Positions 10,731 through 24,300 of a DNA stretch of 64,000 nt are shown here, in pieces (position 1 is the stretch's first letter; every line of letters starts with the position of its first letter). The DNA is from Balanoglossus misakiensis (taxonomy: Eukaryota > Animalia > Hemichordata). Below the pieces are notes generated by a model. That model did not search any database and had not been told where the DNA came from. It was given only the letters and a program-made list of their open reading frames with translations. A program made the position numbers and the translations under genes. The stretch lies in contig CM082595.2 of the NCBI GenBank assembly GCA_040954595.2, forward strand, positions 519,690 through 583,689. Reading direction: 5' to 3'.

Positions 10731-13700
10731 CTATGGATCAATGAATGACACCATAATGTAGCGTGTACCGGATACTGTTGGAAGACCTTCATGGAAATGT
10801 GTCAAGCGACCTGGATGCATAATACTATATCCAACTTCAAGTCCAACCACGCTGCAGTTGTAACGCAGAAAACGGGCACCACCTCCCTGTAAACAAATAA
10901 AATGTTACACACAATGATTTTAATTCATTCAGTGGTACACACACAAAAAACAGCAAAATGTCTTGGAATATATTTTGGGGGGTAAAATCATTCCACATAC
11001 CTGATAATCAACACCTTGTCTGTTGAGGGCGATATTAACAGTGAACACTGACGCATCGTGATGGGGGCGTAGTGATGGTTGTTCATCCGGGCGATAACGG
11101 ACCATAAAATTCATGATTGCATGTGCCTGTATGGGAGATAGAGAATTTCTCTTTGATGGAGTCCTATTTGGTCTTGAAAATCATAATTAAGGTTTCAATT
11201 GGTTTATCAACAACCACTAAACACAGAGACTTAGTTTCATACAAAATTGCTAGTGAAAATAATAAAAGTTTTAATTTCCGACATTTCTAATTCAATACAG
11301 CATACATACCGGAGAGAAATAGCCAGGGAAGACTTTTTCTTGCATAGGACAGACGTATTCTTTCAAGATGTGCAACCACTGTTTTTCAAATTCGATTTGT
11401 TTCATGTGAACATCTCTGGTCGGCACACTCTCGTATCCTCCTGAGAGTCTGGGATCCTGTAGGTTGCAGACACAATAAATATTGATCAAGCAGTATACAA
11501 TCAAATTAATTTTAAAGAGTAGCGACGGTCTTATATGTATGTGCCAAACCATAAGGGTCCTACCAAGATGGTGGCAACCATAATCTGTGTCGGAGATCAG
11601 GAAAAGACAGTTAATTGGGTGAAAAGAAGTAGACTTACTTTGTGGGAACCATCTGAAAATTGGCCAAAGCTTTCCACTTCATCGATCAGATGATTGGCAA
11701 AAGTTTCACTCATCAGTGGAAAACGGTAGACATCCGGGCATGGCTAAAGTGGATGAAATGTACATCAAGTCTTAATATGAGCATTATACTCATTGATTGA
11801 TTGCCATAGTACACAATGTTAATTGATTCAAAAGACAATAATTGCAATCAATACTCACCATGGGTAAATCATCACCTTTAAAGGCCTGATGATATAAAGG
11901 ATGTAAATATCTAGCTTCCCAATCCTGTGCAGAAAAAAATGTCTTTGTATCTCAGTAAAGTTTTCAAGTTACAAATTTTATTGTTCTGTGTGAAAGAGGG
12001 ACTAAAGAATTCATAATAAACATATTTCCAGATTAAACAGGATTCAGTATGAACTGCAGGGTCATTGTATGTTGAGTGGTTTGTGGTCGATCTTATTTTC
12101 CAAAATCAGGGCAACAAACAAATATTTTTTTACTTTGAGTGATGACAATTTACTTACCTTTTTATTGTCAAATATCTCATACATATCTGGATGTTTCCGG
12201 TGCAGATGTTTTTGAAATTTCTCATCATCGACGAGATGACCAAATTTGGCAGAATTTGTCACATACATGAAGACACCCTATATACAAATATTGAGACATG
12301 AGAACATCAATATATGATACAATATTGATACAAACTTTCATCATAGAGTGTTGACCTGAAATTGCTATTTGCCAAAAGTTGTGTGGTGCAGTGATATAAC
12401 CAATGTTGTGTGGACAATAAAGAAAATAAAAGCCAGTTAAGTATTGCACAATGATTTAGTGTCCAACCATACCTGTTCTCTGAGATGCCTGCAAAATGCC
12501 ATATCAGCATCTAATTCACCATAGGTGTATAGAGGTCGGTATTTCTCTATCACTTCACTTTTGACCAGATAGGCACCGGAAATAAAGGGTACATTCCAAA
12601 CACCTCTGCAAGAAAAGTTTTACAATTTGTTAAAGAACCACGGCTATGCATGAAAATGCCTATCTATTAAAGGACAAAGTTGCTCTCTTTTGCTGCTTGA
12701 CTTCTTGAATGTTTAAACAAGATATGGTCGAACATGCCCACATGGATTATAATTAAAATGAGATTTCTAATTCCCACAAACCTCTTAGTGGAAAACACAA
12801 TATCAACATAGTCTTCAGATCTTGCATAAAAACCTTCTTCATCTAAAGCACCCCAGAAATTACTCCAAACTTTTCCAGGTCTGACAAGCATAGCAGCTAT
12901 AACACGCCTTTTAAAACAAAATACATGGTCGGCATTAAATGATTCGGATGAATAATTTGGAGATCGAATTATACAAATTTTAAATACAGAATTCAGAATT
13001 GAAAAAAATAAAAACTCCATTTCTTACCTGTTTTGTTCAAGAAGCAATCGAAGAGTATCAGGATTGGTGAGTTGTGCGTAAGAATGCACAGAAAAAAAGT
13101 ATTCACACTTCATTGTCAGGCAGTAGTTTCTGTTAAAAATAAGGACAAGAAAGTACAAAGTGAAAAACTATTAACTAAACACTCAGTTTGATAATCATAA
13201 AGAAAAACCATAGACACCATTAACATAAATTAAACAAAATACACTTTTGTTGGTAAAAGGTTTCTATACTCACATAGCCTTGTTTTTTGCTTCCCGGTCA
13301 CTCAATAGATTCGGTGCCTGTCGTACGGAGTTGTACTCTGTTGTGTGGTTGTCTAGGAAACTGGTCACATCATCAGTATGGAAAGGTACCTAAAAAGTAA
13401 TGTCTTACAGTACTTGGCTGGAAACCCATTGCTATAGTAATTACCCATTCTCGCAAGATCTTGCAAGAGTAGGTATAAATGCACAACAATTTAAACATTA
13501 TTATTCCACAACTTTCATTGAGAATCAGCCTTAGCTACTTACTGCATTGTAGATGAAAATATCAATCTTCTTTTTAGGATAAGACAAGTTGGTGAGTCGC
13601 TGGAAAAATTCTGCGATGAAAGGAGTTGGCTGTTCCACAAAGATAGCCATCAATATGCCTGGATAATCTTTAATCTATTACAAAAAGAATGATGTTTAAT

Positions 13701-16634
13701 TACAAAGTCAGTGTTTTTGAATACAACTTGGCATCTTCTGAAATAACTCATTTATATATGCTAGACTCTGAGTCTCTGAGTGTACACTACTCTATAAGTC
13801 AATCACAAACAATAACCATTTCATGAAAGAGCTTAATGTAAAAATATAAAGTTATAAATACAGGCCTTTAACAATAACCACTGCTAAAATAAGAGCTTTA
13901 CCTGTCGATCTGCAAGACTGATCGTATCTTCCTGACACGCAAGACATCCTTTCTCTGGAGTCCAAGAATTGACAAGATAGTTCCCGAAGTGATCAAGGTG
14001 AATCTTGGCTGCACCGTTGCCATGGATAATGACTGGCACTGTACCATAGTTTTTATTCTGGAGCATAGCATTCTTGCCTTCAAATAGCAAATGGACAGTG
14101 TCTGCTAAAAAAACACAGAAATACCAAAGAATTTACAACTGTCTTTTGACTAACTTTTGTCAACATTAGTACATCTGGCTGGAACAACAATACCACAAGT
14201 TATGTAAACAATGTACAACCTGCGAACATTTCCATATTTTACCTTAATACACTACAATATATTATATTACATTACCTTTGAGTCCATTTAAATTCTGAAA
14301 TATGACTGCCAAGTTGTCTAGTTTCATGCCATATTCTTCCTGTGAATAAATTACACAAAGTTGAATAATTGCCACAAATGTAATGTGTCCTCTGCAGTGT
14401 GTCTTTGATAACAACACTAACATTTGTTATAAAACATTGTATGTACTGAAAAACTAAGACAGTTTACACAAAAGGAAACGAAAGTAGCATTTACCCGATA
14501 TTCTGGATTGACATAAATCTTTGAGTAGTAGAGTTGATCAGGTGAATTTTCTTCAACATGTCGCAGTGAAACAATCTTCCAGATCTCTGGCGCATAACCC
14601 ATGAACATTCCAGAATTGAGATAGGGAAGCCCTTTGTCTACTTTGGGATACTGGGGCTACAGAAATGATGGCAAAATGTTATTCTTGTGTGATTCATATT
14701 TTTTATAAATTTAGAAATCCATAACATACAGTTGCCAATTTCAAAGGTTATTTCAAAGCAGTTAATTCTCATGGACTATCATACAATCAGCATTCTACAT
14801 TGAACATAAGCAGAAAGATATTTGAGAGAACATGGAGACAATGTGAAATATCAATATATGTAGGACTGTGACTTACCTCCAAAGATGCATCCGGCCACAG
14901 ATAAGTTTCAGTTGAGAAAACAACTCTGGCATCCATCTTGTGAAATCTGTTCAAAATCTCTTCAGCGCCAGTGGTGAAAATCACATTGTAACTGTAGCGA
15001 CATAAGGCAAAAATCTCTCAATTAAATGTTTATGAAAATGGTGATGGGTGGAGTGGGGAGGGGTCCAGGGGAGATGGAGATGATGATGCATAAAAAAAGA
15101 ATTAATTCTTACCAATCAACAAACAATATAATAAGATTTTTATCATCTGTGTATTTTTCCATGGCATCTTTTAAAAGACCAATTTTCTGACCACCACCAA
15201 GCCACTCTTTCCCCATGCCAAGAACCTAGAAGTGATAGTGGGAAAGGGTGTGTGACAGACAGATAGACACACACACGCACACACACACGCACGCACAGAC
15301 ACACAGCATTGGGGCAAAGTAAAATGGGTGAATCATTGACATGAATAAATGCATGGGTGTAAAAATAATAGTGAGAAGGCAGGAATACTCCCTTTGACAT
15401 AGTATAGGGAAATCCATACCCCATGGTTTACCTTGGTCAACATGTGTGAATTCATTCAGATAGATCATATTTCAGATATAGTGTGTACCAGTCTAGACCT
15501 ATAGACTCTGAACTAAGTGTACATATACAATTCTTGCATAGTTCATAACAGCTCTTCTTAAAGAATGTTTGCTACTGTGGGAACAGATCCACAGTGCACA
15601 GTGTATTACATATACATTCCATCATGAGTGAGCTAGGACTAGCTGTAACAGTGTTACCCTAGCTCTGTGTAGCAACTGGGTTGTAGGTCTTTAGGGCAAG
15701 ACACACAGTTCTGCCACAAAGAGCTTATTATACCATAGATCTCACTTTATAGCAATTATATGTATAACAAATGAATTGATACAATCATAATCAGAAGAGC
15801 AATTTTTTTTAAAGTTGGTGTTTTTCTTTTGTTTCAACTTACAACTTGTTTTGAGATTTAAAAATTGAAGGGAAAAAAGACAGACATGTAGAGCTATGCA
15901 GCTTTGTTTGGCCATTTGGAGGAAAGCCCATAAAGTATGAACCAGACATGACGCCCCTTTGACAAAGATCAAAAGGTCACACTGCTAATTTATTCCTCAT
16001 GGCCAAAACATTCCATCATGATATACTTACATGTAAATTCTCTGAGAGGCCATTTCTGTCCACTGATCTTATAAAACGTTTGTAGCCATCAGTTTCTTCA
16101 GTTGCAACAGTGAAAATAATCAAATTTTCATTTCCTGTGAGAAATGTTAAATAACACATCAGCCAACGGAACTCCATATACCAGTCAATTGTGAAAAATT
16201 GTAGGCAGACATTATACTATGATTTTTTTAACAATTTGGAGTCAAGAACAAAAATCTTATCTTTATTAATTCCCGGAATGATGTTTGTAAATGGAATAAA
16301 CAAAATGAATGATTTCTTGTACTGCATTGAATCGTTGAAATAGGAGTTCAAATCCTCCTCTCAAATTATGTCAGAGTAAAGCTTTTCAACTTTGTTTGTA
16401 CTTAACTTGAAGTGTGAACAATTTGAGGTCAGTTGAGAACGCGAAAACACTCAGATGACCTCAGGCTACACTGTGGCCGCAATTGCTGACAAAGAAACAC
16501 CATCCCTTTTGTGCATTAGAATAAATCCACCTACCTTTACTGTCCTGTTCAGCACAAACAAGAGAGTTTTCAACGGTCCAAATACTGGCAAGAAGGAACA
16601 CCACAAGAAACCTACAACTCCATCCATACTCCAT
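10731..16634 (-). CDS. PLOD: PLOD-A: procollagen lysyl hydroxylase, divergent tandem copy with degenerate glycosyltransferase motifs (~728 aa, 18 exons)
   Basis: Exons 16634-16535, 16134-16031, 15225-15113, 14991-14877, 14656-14495, 14339-14276, 14101-13902, 13674-13543, 13389-13274, 13129-13028, 12907-12782, 12605-12473, 12277-12158, 11924-11859, 11743-11639, 11456-11310, 11126-11001, 10886-10731, GT-AG and in phase. Signal peptide, [45 protein letters not shown]. Confidence 0.93.
15268..15304. repeat. Imperfect (CA)n microsatellite in PLOD-A intron 2
   Basis: CACACACACGCACACACACACGCACGCACAGACACAC. Confidence 0.8.
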
Positions 16635-18376
16635 CGTCCTCAATGATCATTGACTCCGAGTTTTAGGACTCAACCACTTTTGTCCGAGGGATGCACACAA
16701 ATGTTTTTGCTAAGTTCACGTGGGATTTCCTTTAAGTTTGTAAAGAACAAGGTTGCCATTCATCCCTGGACTGTCAGGTTTCTTAGATGGGGGAAGGAAG
16801 TGAACCAGACTATTGTGTGAAACTTTGGGATGTCTAGGATTGTACCTGTACAAATTTTCTTGTTATGCACTGTATGACAAGGCTAGTAGCCTGTAGTTGT
16901 GACGAAGAGAATGTGATAAAGGAAGTTGTTGGCACTGAATAAAGCACACAGAGGATATGTACAGGTTGTTATGCTTGAAAAGAGCTGCTATTCATGAGCA
17001 ATGAGAAATGCACTTGGAATTGTTTGAGTGAAAACTTTATTGAGTTTCTCGCAGATGGAAGAATCTTTATTACTTTTGCTCAGCAATGAAGTAAGTACAA
17101 ACTAAAAACATAATGTAACTGAACATACATGCAACTTTAAATGCTTTTGTTTGTCAAGGAATGTAGAGAGTAGCAAAAAAACTGGCAAAATCCACCAACT
17201 GGTGAAAGAAATGCTACATCTCTTTGAGTTGAGTAAAACTTGATGTTGGGTCAACAATCCCCACAGAAAAAACAACAAGTGAATCATATCTGAGATTTGC
17301 ATGGGTGCATGTAACAAACTTGAAAAGTAGTCAGAATAGTTTTTAAAAGTAAGTAGTTATTGCATGGGAAACAAAGAGACCAGTCAAAGTGATTTAGGTT
17401 GTAATTTTGTCTTACACTTTGGAAAAAAAAGTAGCTTGTCAGGAAAGGACAAGAAGCTGGTTGTTTTTTACCGCAATCACCTCTTTTTGACTTCCCTAGT
17501 CTCTTATACAAGTGTTACCAAACTTGGCTGCCGAGTACATCCATAAAAACTCCTCTCCAACAGGTGTCTGTATTCATTCTAAAATATACTACCTCTCCAT
17601 ATTCAATACGATTTGTCATCTAATTTTGATCACCTAATTTAAAAGAGTTGTTACTTATACTTCTAATTTATACATTTCAAAGAATAAAATTCATAGCACC
17701 ATTTGAAAAATAGAATATAAAATACAATCTCTGAAAAGGACAAAAAAAGATTGATGAGGATCAACCTTACAGCAAGTTGTAACATGCATTGCATAGAAGA
17801 TATTCATGGCAATGTGAACTTGGCAAAGAATCTGAAGTACGCCCCCAATAAACATACAGTTTCTTTGTTGTTTTTAAAAAAGAGGTACATGTACTTCCGG
17901 CAATGTATGCTTGGCACAGGGCATGATGTATGCCCTCAATTGACAAATATATTCTTTTGCTTCTTATTAAAAGCAGCATCCCTTGGCAATGTAAGTTAAG
18001 AAAACAATTAATTAATTATAGGATGTTGAGGCATGCCTGAAGTCATTTTGAAGTACAAGAAAGAATTAAAAAAATTATACATCATGATCAGTGGTATTCT
18101 GTTTATACTGAAAGAAATAAACATCAAAACTTTATATCTGGAAGTCATTTTTTTCATAATTAAGCTATTTCTGTTTGTAAATTGGATTTTTTGCAGCAAT
18201 ACACGAGATGAGATTAAAAAACAGTACAGATTGAGTTTTCATTGGGAAAACCTCACTAGTACACAAATGAGTTTTTTCCCTGAAGTATTAAATGCATCTG
18301 TAGAATCTGAATGCCAAACTGTCATTTGCTCACAATATTCATAGTGGTAAATGCAGTTGAGTCAAACGCTGTCATT

Positions 18377-21300
18377 CTATGGATCAATGAATGACACCAT
18401 AATGTAGCGTGTACCGGATACTGTTGGAAGACCTTCATGGAAATGTGTCAAGCGACCTGGATGCATTAAACTATATCCAACTTCAAGTCCAACCACGCTG
18501 CAGTTGTAACGCAGAAAACGGGCTCCACCTCCCTGTAAACAAATACACACAACGATTAACATTTCAGTCTACAAAAATAGAATTCAATTGACTGCTTTGA
18601 TGTTTGATACTGTTACATTAGAATTGCAAAGTACAGAAACAATAAGTGAGAAATGTAACAATACCTCGTAGTCAACACCATGACGGTTGAGGGCGACATT
18701 TATAGTGAACGTTGACGCATCATGATGGGGGCGTAATGATGGCTGTTCATCTGGGCGATAACGAACCAAAAAGTTCATGATTGCATGTGCCTGCGATTGG
18801 GGAAAACCATAGTGAGATAAGAGAACTGAAATGAAAGGCAAATAACTTTATTAACAAAGCCCAGTTATCATATTTCAGATTAACAGCAGTCTTGTTTGAT
18901 ATTGTTCATTCTCTGTCCCCAATCAAACATAACAAGTAGTCTATCCAACTGGTTCAAAGGCAACTCATCTCATGATCGTACATTTCTGTGAATGTGACAA
19001 CAGTCATACAGAAGTAACAATTTCTTTTCCTACATTTTTCCTGGTGCAATGTGTGATTCAGCAAACTAACTTTACATACCTTAGAATAATAACCTGGGAA
19101 GACTTTTTCTTGCATAGGACAGACAAATTCTTTCAAGAAATGCAACCAGTGGGGTTCAAATTCGATTTGATTCATGTGAACATCTCTGGTTGGTACATTC
19201 TCGTATCCTCCAGACAGTCGAGGATCACTGTTCGAACCGTCGGAAAATTGGCCAAAGCTTTCCACTTCATCGATCAGATGTTTGGCAAAGGTTTCACTCA
19301 TCAGTGGAAAACGGTAGACATCCTGGCATGGCTGTGGATTAAATGTGTATGTTTATGTTATGTTCTGTACATGCTATAGATCATAACATGAAATTCTATG
19401 TTGAAGAACTTGGACCAGAAAAATAAATAGTCAAAAATTTTCAACAACAGTATGTGGTTCACATTTTAAAATGTAACAAATAAGACAATGCGAAATAGTT
19501 GCCTCTGCTGACATCAGGAAACTTTCTCATCATGAAAATTTCCCAGTTTGCAGTACATGTACTACTCACCATGGATAAGTCATCTGCCTGAAGGGTTTGT
19601 TGATACATTGGATGTACGTATCTGGCTTCCCATTCCTTAAAACAAAAGCACAATGGATGTTACATGTATTTACTTCAACTGTGTAGATGTCAAATTAGTA
19701 GACCCTTCCACCCCTGTATTGTATTGTAGATATCCAAGTTTACTACAGAAACAATGCATTTGGACCAAACCATGATGGTGAAAGGGTTGAAAGACACATG
19801 GAAATCTTTTTTACATTCAAAACAATATGGTAGCATTTATATCGGACATATTGACCATTACTCACCATTCTGTTGTCAAATATCTGAAACATATCTGGGT
19901 TCTTCCTGTGAAGATATTGGTGGAAATTGTCTCCATTGATGAGGTGGCCAAATCTGGCAGTGTTTGCCACATACATGAAGACACCCTACAGGACAGGATA
20001 TATGAGATAGGATATAGTTGATTCATGATCTGTGTACACAGAATGTGCTCTCACAATATACGACATACTAGTTAAGTTTTCAAGTCTTGACAGATTGACT
20101 GTATCGCCCCTACGTGGTGGAACTCAGACTAAACATACCTGTTCTCTGAGATGTCTACAAAATGCCATATCAGCATCTAATTCACCGTAGATGTAAGAAG
20201 GTCGGTGTTTCTCTATCACTTCACTTTTTAAGAGAAAGGCACTAGAAATAAAGGGTACATTCCAAACACCCCTACAAGACAGAAAAAAGAAATGCTAGTA
20301 AATGCATGTAAAATTTAGTGGATAAACTATGTACATCACAGATAATAGGAACTGTGGTTACATGTAAGATAGACTGGCAGCCATTTTTCATCAAAATTAC
20401 TGAAAGCAAATCTTAACATCCTCAGATAAATGTCAATAGATTAGTATTCAATGGTACAATTCACTGACCTCTTGTTGAACTTGACAATATCAATGTAGTC
20501 ATCGGATCTTGCATAGAACCCATCATCACCTAAAGCACCCCAGAAGTTACTCCAAAGTTTTCCTGGTCGCACGAGCACCGGCGATATCACACGTCTGTCG
20601 ATAAACAACACAAGCATGACCAATTTAGTCTTGTGAACAGTAAGACTGAATCAACCATTTTTGAAAAGATATATGAATGATAAATCAGTGAATTTAAATA
20701 AAGGAAACTGAAATTTCTACCTGTTTTGTTCAAGAAGCAATCGCAAAGTATCAGGATTGGTGAGTTGTGCGTCAGAATCGACAGAAAAGAAATATTGACA
20801 TTTCAACGTCAGGCAGTAGTTTCTGTTGAAAAAAAGGACAAGAAAAAATTAGGGAAACATTCAGTATGATTAACCACCTGTCGGTTCAATATATTGAGTA
20901 CACACACATGGTATTTTTTTATTTTTTTATTACTGGTAGGTGGTACAGCAAAAACTATTAATCACACATCAGATGTCAAATTTGCAGGAAAAAAATTGTT
21001 GTAAAGGTCAACTGTGTTGATATGTTGCTATACTCACATAGCTTTATTTTTGGCTTCATGGTCGCTTAAGCCATAGGAGTGGGGTACCTCTCGCACTGAG
21101 TTGTATTCTGTGGCGTGGTTTCCAAGGAAACTGGTCACATCATCTGCATGCATAGGTACCTGCAAAGTTTGAGGAAATAATATTATTCTATAACTTTCAA
21201 GGACTGTTTGGGGGGTTAAGTCCCATCAATGAAAATCGGTGTAAAACCAATATGGAGGCCAAACTTACTGCATTGTGGATGAAAATATCAATCTTCTTTT

Positions 21301-24300
21301 TCGGATAAGACAAGTTGGTGAGTCGCTGGAAAAATTCTGCGACGAAAGGAGTTGGTTGTTCCACAAAGATTGCCATCAATATGTCTGGATAATCTTCAGT
21401 CTAGAGGGAAAAAGTATATGCAATTGTGAAGTCAGTAATATAGAATACCATAAAACTTCCAATGAAGTAATAAATCCTGTCCTTTAACAATGCACCACTA
21501 CAAAAATAAAAGAGCTTTACCTGTCGATCTGCAAGATTGATCGTATCTTCCTGACACGCAAGACATCCTTTCTCTGGAGTCCAAGAATTGACAAGATAGT
21601 TCCCGAAGTGATCAAGGTGAATCTTGGCCGCACCGTTGCCATGGATAACGGCAGGCACTGTGCCGTATTCCCGGTTTTGTAACATGCTGTTGTGTCCTTC
21701 AAATCTCAGGGTGACGGTATCTGATCAAAGATGGAAGAAAAGCACATCTATATTTAACTCTTTCACCCCCAGTTTCCTCTATAGAGGTCCAGGTTTACCA
21801 TCTCTGTTGAAAGCTGTTTGACTCTACAGCAGAGTCGCTGTTCATATCTGCCGTACATGTGCATCCCATAAAATCGCCATTAGAACAATGACATCTCCGA
21901 CCCTGACACAGATTACAAGTACTATCACATCACTAATAGGACTTGTTATCTGTTCAGACACTTAACTTTATTAGAGATAGTATGCCACTTTCAAAGTCTC
22001 ATTTTTTTCACAATTGATGACTTTCCCAATCTGATTTCAGAGTGTCCAGTTATTTTCCCTTCTACTCACCTTGGACTCCATTTAGATTTTGAAATATGAT
22101 TGCAAGATTATCCAGTTTCATCTGATATTCTTCCTGTAAATACAGAATATTGACAGCATACAGTTAAAACTCTAGTGAAGGCAGTTAAATTTATTATTCA
22201 AAACTACCTGCATTCTTTCATGGCATCATACTGAGTGATATTTATTCACACACCATCAAAGAAATTTTGCCTTACAATACAAACATGACCAGCTTGGGTC
22301 CTCTGACTACACCAAATACTGCACCTCAAGCGGTATATTGATTAAACATACAAGCCCGCATCATGCTGGTACCAGAATTGTTGCTAAAAATCAATTACCA
22401 GAGCCTAGCTCAAAAACTCAAAAGAGAAACCAACATTGGTACTGCAACTGAAAAAGCGCCATGTGGCCCCTGCACTGTAATGTAGAAAAATAAATATGGA
22501 AAACAAATTTTGCTTACCCTCAATTGTGGATTCAAATAGATCTGTGTATAATAGAGTTGATCATCTCCCTGGTTGTCAATATCTCTGTGCGACACAATCT
22601 TCCAGATCTCAGGCGCATAACCCATGAACAATCCAGAATTCAGATACGGAAGCCCTCTATCAATTTTAGGGTACTGGTCCTATTAAGTAAAGCAAAGAAT
22701 ATAATTTGTAACAACTGACTAAATCCAGTAATGATCGAAAACACACAAATTATTATCATATTTGATCGTGATATCTATGTTGAAATGAAGGGATATTACT
22801 TACAGCTAATGACCTGTCAGGCCACAGATAGATTTCAGCAGAGAAGACAACCCGGGCGTCTAGGACTTCAAATCTTTTCAAAATCTCATCAGCACTTGCA
22901 GTGAAAACAACATCATAACTATGGAAACGTAAAATAAGTTTACATGTACAATGTTTATCAGTAATACAATAATGATGATAATTATGCTGCCGAAAATTCA
23001 AATTTGCATCCACCAATAGATTGACCTTCCTAGCATGAAGTAAAAAGTCATTTTAGGTATTGAGAACTGATACAGTGATAAGTGCCCTTTGAAGAGTATT
23101 CCCCTATCCAGACATTGGCATGTTTTAAAAATAACTACAGGACATACAATGGAATTGTTCTTTAGAAAATTCTTTGCAAGTTATTTGATATTTTAATGCA
23201 GCTTATTTGCAGTAATTAGTCCGGATAAGCTGTACAAGAATGCAAAAAAGTAGACGTAGTCCTTAATACCTGTCAACAAACATGACAATGAGATCTTTGT
23301 CATCTTTGTATTTTTCCATGGCGTCTCGGAGAAATTTGATTTTCTGTCCACCACCTGTGTATCTCATCATGTCTCCACCCAGCCATTCTTCACCCATGCC
23401 GAGTACCTACGGTGGGGAGGGGGAAAGACATTTTAAGATACTGCCAGAAAGATCACACTTTGCATGAAAACTAAAAAAGATTGATATACATGTACAATAC
23501 TGGAGGGGATATGATGTTATATTCATGGAAAATAGCTTCACACATTTGCCTTGACATCTGACAAGTATAGTCAGCCTGATGTACTTACATGTAAATATTC
23601 TGAAAGGCCATTTCTGTCCACTGATCTGATAAAACGTTTGTATCCATCAGTTTCTTCAGTTGCAACAGTGAAGATCATCAGTTTTTCACTTTCTGAAAGA
23701 AATATTGATATAATATCAAACTTGGTCCACTTCTCCCTGATTTCTACATCCTGGTATTTTGCAGATCAGTCTGAGATGTGACAAACACTGTGATACTGTA
23801 AGAAAGCACCCTGTTTAGAGATTTAAATTTCAAAGGAAATCTACAAATAAAGAAAGAAGCCAAACAATTAATGACTGCATTCAAACCGTGGATAATTACA
23901 AACCTTTACTGGAAAGGCCGGGTGTTTAGCTCACCCTTCAACAAAAATTTGCATCTTATTTTGTTAGCAAAGAAAGAGAAGATCGCGGCTGAGAGTTACC
24001 AATGAATAAGCAAAAACAGTGACACAGCGCTAGTACAATTATTGCAGCTATAACACACACTACCAGCACAGCTAGAAAACACTGGATGCATTTTTCTTGC
24101 TATTTTTGGGAATGTACGTAGGATGGACTACAAATATGGGCTATCCATACATGTAGATGATTATTTGAGTGCTATGCAAGGACTATAAATCAAGCATACC
24201 AAGGGTTGTCAGGACGAGAACAGAGAAGGTGCCATTAAAAGTAGTAGTGAATTGACAAAAATTTGAATCTATTTCTACTATTCTAGCTTTATTGTTAAAC

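Noticed and set aside
10731-16634. PLOD-A as a pseudogene or an allelic assembly duplicate
   Set aside because: No frameshifts or stops over 18 exons, indels are multiples of 3, splice sites are intact, and the introns and signal exon are too diverged from PLOD-B to be alleles.
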